64,000 bases of DNA, taken from the human T2T-CHM13v2.0 reference genome, Homo sapiens. The translations under genes and the position numbers were made by a program. The notes beneath the pieces were generated by a model. That model saw only the letters and a program-made list of their open reading frames with translations, did no database searches and was not told where the DNA came from. The number at the start of each line of letters is the position of its first letter. Position 1 is the first letter of the stretch. The stretch lies in the NCBI RefSeq assembly GCF_009914755.1, contig NC_060926.1, one strand, 5' to 3'. Below are positions 59,123 through 64,000 of this stretch, one piece after another.

Positions 59123-62100
59123 AATCATCAACGAATGGAACCAAATAGAATCATCAAATGGACTCGAAAGGAATCATCGAATGGACTCGAATGGAGTTGT
59201 CATCGAATGGAATCAAATGGAATCATCGAACGGAATTGAATCGAATCATCATTGAATGAAATCAAATGGAATCATCGAATGGACTCGAATGGAAGCAATA
59301 TCAAATGGAATCGAAAGGAATCATGGAATGCATTCAAAGGGAATAATCAAATGGACTCAAATGGAATCAACATCAAGTGGAATCGAAAGGAATCATCGAA
59401 TGGACCGGAATGGAATCATCATCGAATGGAATCGAATGGAATCATCGAATGGACTTGAATAGAATCACTATCTAATGGAAACGAATGGAATCATCATGGA
59501 ATGGAACCGAAAGGAGTCATCATCAAATGGAATCCAAGGAAATCATTGAATGGACTCGAATGGAATCATCATCAACTGGAATTGAATGGAATCATCGAAC
59601 GGACTCCAGTGGAATCATCGGAGAATGGAATCAAATGGAATTATCAAACGGACTCGAATGGAATAAACTTTGAATGCAATCGAAGGGAATCATCAAATGG
59701 AATTGAATGCAATCATCGAATGGAATCGAATGCCATCACCGAAAGGAATCCAATGGAATCACCATTGAATGGACTCGAATGGAATTATCATTGAATGGAA
59801 TCGAATGGAATCATCGAATGGACTCGAATGGAATCATCATCGATTGGAATCAAATGGAATCATCGAATGGAATCGAAAGGAATCATCATCAACTGTAATG
59901 AACTGGAATCACTGAATGGAATCGAATGGAATCGTCATCAAAAATAATCGAATGGAATAATCAAATGGAATCAAATGCAATCAACATCAAATGGAATCGA
60001 ATGGAATCCTAGAATGACATCGAATGGAATCCTCATCGAATGGAATCAAAGGGAATCAATATCGAATGGAATCGAAAGCAATCACTGAATGGACTTGAAT
60101 ACAATCATCAAATGGATTTGAAGGGAATCCTCATTGAATGGAATAGAACAAAAACATTGAATGGACACGAATGGAGTCATCATCGAATGGAATCAAATGG
60201 AGTCATCAAATGGACTCGAATGGAATCATCATCAAATAGGATCATCAATAAAATGGAATCGAATGGAGTCATCGAATGGACACGAATGAATGAACAAATG
60301 GACTCGAATGGAAACATCAAATAGAATCGAATGGAATCATCGAAAGGAATGGAATGGAATGATTGAGTGGACACGAATGGAATCATCTAATGGACACGAA
60401 TGGAATAATCATAAAATGGAATCGAATGTAATCATCAAATGGACTCGAATGAATGGAATCATTGAATGGACTCGAATGGAATCATCGAATGGACTCAAAT
60501 GGAATGATCATCAAATGGAATCGAATGGAATCATCGAATGGACTCGAATGGAATCATCAAATGGAATCTAACCGAATCGTAATCGAATGGAATCGAATGG
60601 AATCATCGAATGGAATTGAAGGCAATCATCATCGAATGGAATCGAATGGAATCATCATCAAATGGAATCAAGCGGAAGGAATCATCAAATGGAATCAAAT
60701 GGAATCATTGTTGAATGGAATGGAATGGAATGGAATCATTGAATGGAATTGAATGGGATCACCAATGAACGGAATCAAATGGAATCATCTTCTAATGGAA
60801 TCGGAAGGAATCATCAAATACACTCGAATGGAATCATCATCGAATGGAATCGTGTGGAATCGTCGAATGAACTGGAAATGAATCATAATCAAATGCAATT
60901 AAAATGAATCATCATCGAAAGGAATCACATGGAATCATCATCGAATGGAATCATAGGGAAACATCACAGAATGGAATTGAATGGAATCATCAGTTGGACT
61001 CGAATGGAATCATCAAATGTACTCGAAGGGACGCGTCAAATGGACTCGAACGGAATCATCATCGAATGGAATCGAATGGGATCATCGAAAGGACTCGAAT
61101 CAAATCTTCAAAAGGACTCAAAGGGAATCATTGTAGAATGGAAATGAATAGCGTCATCACACAGCCTCGAATGGAAACATCATTGAATGGAATTGATTGG
61201 AAACATCGAATTCACTCGAATGGAATCATCATCTGATGGAATTGAATGGAATCATCGAATGGACACAAATGGAATCATCATCAAATGGAATCCATTGGAA
61301 CGATCGAATGGAATCGCATGGAATTATCAAATGGAATCGAATGCAATCATCATTGAATGGAATCGAATGGAATCATCGAATGGTATACAAAGGAATCACC
61401 ATTGAATGCCCTCGCATGGAATCATCATCATATAGAGTAGAAAGGAATCATTGAATGGACTCGAATGGAACCATCATTGAATGGAATCACCAAATGGAAT
61501 CAAATGGAATCATCATCAAATGAAATCAAACGGAATCATCAAATGGAATCGAATGGAATCATCATTGAATGGATTCGAATAGAATCTTTGAATGAAATTG
61601 AATGGAATCAGCATGAAATGGAATTTAAAGGAATCATAGAATGGTATCGAATGGAATCATCATCGAATGGAATGGAATGGAATGGAATGGAATCAGCATA
61701 GAATGGAATCGAAAGCAATCATTCAATGGAATCTAATAGAATCATCGAATAGACTTGAATGTAATCATCATCGAATGGAGAAGAATGGAATCATCCAATG
61801 GACAGGAATGGAATCATCCTCGAATGGAATCGAATGGAATCATATAATGGACCCGAATGGAATCATCATTGAATGGAATAGAATGGAATCGTCATCGAAT
61901 GGAATCGTATGGAATCATCTAATGGACCCGAATGGAATCATCATCGAATTGAATAGAATGCAATCATCATCAAATGGAATCGAATGGAATCATCATCAAA
62001 TAGAATCGAATGGAATCATCAAATGGAATCGAATGGAGTCATTATCTAATGCAATCGAATGAAATCATAGTATGGAATCCCATGAAATCAACCTGGAATG

Positions 62101-64000
62101 GAATCGATTGGAATCATTATCAAATAGAATTGAATGGAATCACTGAATGGAATCATCATCAAATGGACTCCAACGGAATCATCGAATTGACTCTAATGGA
62201 ATCATCACTGAATGGAACAGAACGGAATAATCAAATGGAAACGAATGGAATCATCAGCGAATGGAATCGAATGGTATCATCAAATGCAATCGAATGGAAT
62301 CATCAATGAATGCAATCGAATGGTATAATCGAATGGAATCAAATGGAATCATCTTCGAGTGGAACCTAAAGGAATCGCCAAATGGACTCCAATGGAATAA
62401 TCATCATAAGGAATCGAGTGGAATCATCGAATGTACTCGAATGGAATCATCGAATGTACTCGAATGGAATCATCGAATGGAATCGAATGGAATCATGGTC
62501 GAACGGAAAAGAATGGAATCATCAAGTGGACACGAATGGAATCAACATCTAATGGAATGGAATGGAATCATCAAATGGAATGCAATGGAATCATCATCGA
62601 ATGGAATAAAATGGAATAATCAAATGGAATCAAATGGAATCATCAATGAATGGAATCGAATGGTATCATGGAATGGAATTGAATGGAAACGTCTTTGAGT
62701 GGAATCTAAAGGAATCACCGAATGGACTCCAATCATCAGATGGAATCGAGTGGAATCATCGAATGTAGTCGAATGCAATCATCATCGAATGGAATTGAAT
62801 GGAATCAACGAATGGAATACAAAGGAATCATAGAATGGACTCGAATGGAATCATCATTGAATGGAATTAAATGGAATCATCATGGAATGGAATTGAATGG
62901 AATCATGGAATGGACTCAAATGGAATCATCATCGAATGAAATCGTATGGAATCATCGAATGCAACTGAATGGAATCTTTGAATGGACTTGAAAGGAATTA
63001 TTACGGAATGGAATTGAATGGAATCATTGAATGGACTTGAAAGGAATCATCATCAAGTGGAATCGAATGGAATCGTTGAATGGACTCGAATTGAATCTTT
63101 CAATGGAATCGAATGGAATCATCATTGAATGGAGTCAAATGGAATCATCATCAAATGGAATTGAATGGAATCTTCATTGAATAGACTCGAATGGAATCAT
63201 CATCAAATGGAATCTAATCGAATCATCAATGAAGGGAATCGAATGGAATGATCATCGAATGGAATCGAATGGAATCATCAACAAGTGGAAACGAATGAAA
63301 TCATCGAATGGAATCCAATGGTGTCATCGAATGGACACGAAAGGAATCATCGAATGGAATCAAATGGAATCACCATCGAATGGAATCAAATGGAATCACC
63401 ATCGAATGGAATGTTATGAAATCATCTCATGGACTCGAAGGGAATCATCATCGAATGGAATCGAATGGAATCATTGAATGAAATGGAAAGGAATCACCAT
63501 CGAATGGAATGTTATGGAATCTTCTAATGGACTCGAAGGGAATCATCATCGAATGGAATCGAATGGAATCATTGAATGCAATTGAATGGAATCATCATCA
63601 AATGGAATCGAATGGAATCATCGAATGGAATCTGAATGGAATCATCAATGAATGGAATCAAATGGAATCATCTAATGGACGTGAATGGAATCATCATCGA
63701 AAGCAATGAAATGTAATTCAATCGAATGGACATGAATGGAATCATCATTGAATGGAATCAAATGGAATCCTCATCGAATGGAATCGAATGGAATCATCAA
63801 ATGGAATAGAATGGAGTCATCGTCGAATGTAATCGAATGTAATCATCGAATGGCATCGAATGGAATCATCGACTGGAAAAGAATGGAATCATCATCGAAT
63901 GGAAATGAATAGAATCACAGAATGAAATCGAATGGAATCATCATCGAATGGAGTCTAATGGAATAATCATCGAATGGAATAGAATGGAATCATCGAGTGG
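59123..64000 (+). repeat. Partial unit 10, diverged variant of the 6.5 kb unit
   Basis: Same marker order (ACGCGT at 61031) but many substitutions and +1, +23 and +5 bp length differences. It has the 26- and 23-bp blocks and lacks the 49-bp block. Confidence 0.88.

Larger units (their letters stand above)
1..64000 (+). repeat. Satellite II (HSat2/HSATII-type) pericentromeric array, GGAAT strand on +
   Basis: The entire window is built from GAATG pentamers interleaved with (ATC)2-3 and TCGA, e.g. GAATGGAATCATCATCGAATGGAATC and GAATGGAATCATCGAATGGACTC. The ATC triplets and abundant TaqI (TCGA) sites match the established HSat2 consensus rather than the simple (GGAAT)n of HSat3. Orientation is the same throughout. 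Confidence 0.96.

Noticed and set aside
60180-60386. Single minus-strand ORF (68 aa)
   Set aside because: It is the reverse translation of satellite (IPFDDSIR-like). It is open only because a few substitutions and a 1-bp indel in unit 10 removed or shifted TGA stops.
130-63709. Hundreds of 60-145 aa + strand ORFs (MESNGIIEW.../WNHHRME... peptides)
   Set aside because: The satellite consensus has frequent ATG and no stop codon in any + frame. Stops arise mainly where CGA decayed to TGA. ORFs overlap in all three frames with the same low-complexity peptides and are opened or closed by single SNPs between units. There is no coding evidence.
1-64000. CRISPR-like array of 23-26 bp repeats
   Set aside because: There are no unique spacers, leader or cas genes, and the intervening sequence is itself satellite.
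1-64000. HSat3 or telomeric repeat assignment
   Set aside because: Pure GGAAT runs are rare and short, (ATC)n and TCGA blocks dominate, and no TTAGGG arrays were seen.
1-64000. Inversions or large palindromes
   Set aside because: No switch to CATTC on the + strand was seen. Only trivial short palindromes occur (TCGA, GAATTC, ACGCGT).

Overview
The whole 64 kb window is one uninterrupted satellite array of the human/primate Satellite II (HSat2/HSATII) type. It consists of diverged (GGAAT)n pentamers arranged as 23/26-bp blocks (GAATGGAATCATC(ATC)GAATGGA(A/C)TC), with the purine-rich strand on + throughout. I saw no genes, RNA genes, transposons, CRISPR or inversions. All listed ORFs are artefacts of a consensus that has no + strand stop codon. 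I find no evidence for a new protein-coding system. The real content is a nested repeat hierarchy: 5 bp, 23/26 bp, 49/75 bp, old ~0.3-0.5 kb internal duplications, a ~6.5 kb unit (9.7 copies; lengths 6515, 6613, 6538, 6613, 6515, 6613, 6538, 6613, 6564, partial), a ~13.1 kb short/long dimer, and a 26,279-bp four-unit (ABCD) super-repeat present in almost two apparently identical copies. The super-repeat breaks at about 50.3-50.4 kb in a chimeric unit, and from about 57.4 kb the array passes into an older, more diverged layer. Comparisons were made by eye and from ORF-track coordinates, not by computed alignment. Chromosome and subfamily cannot be fixed from this window alone.
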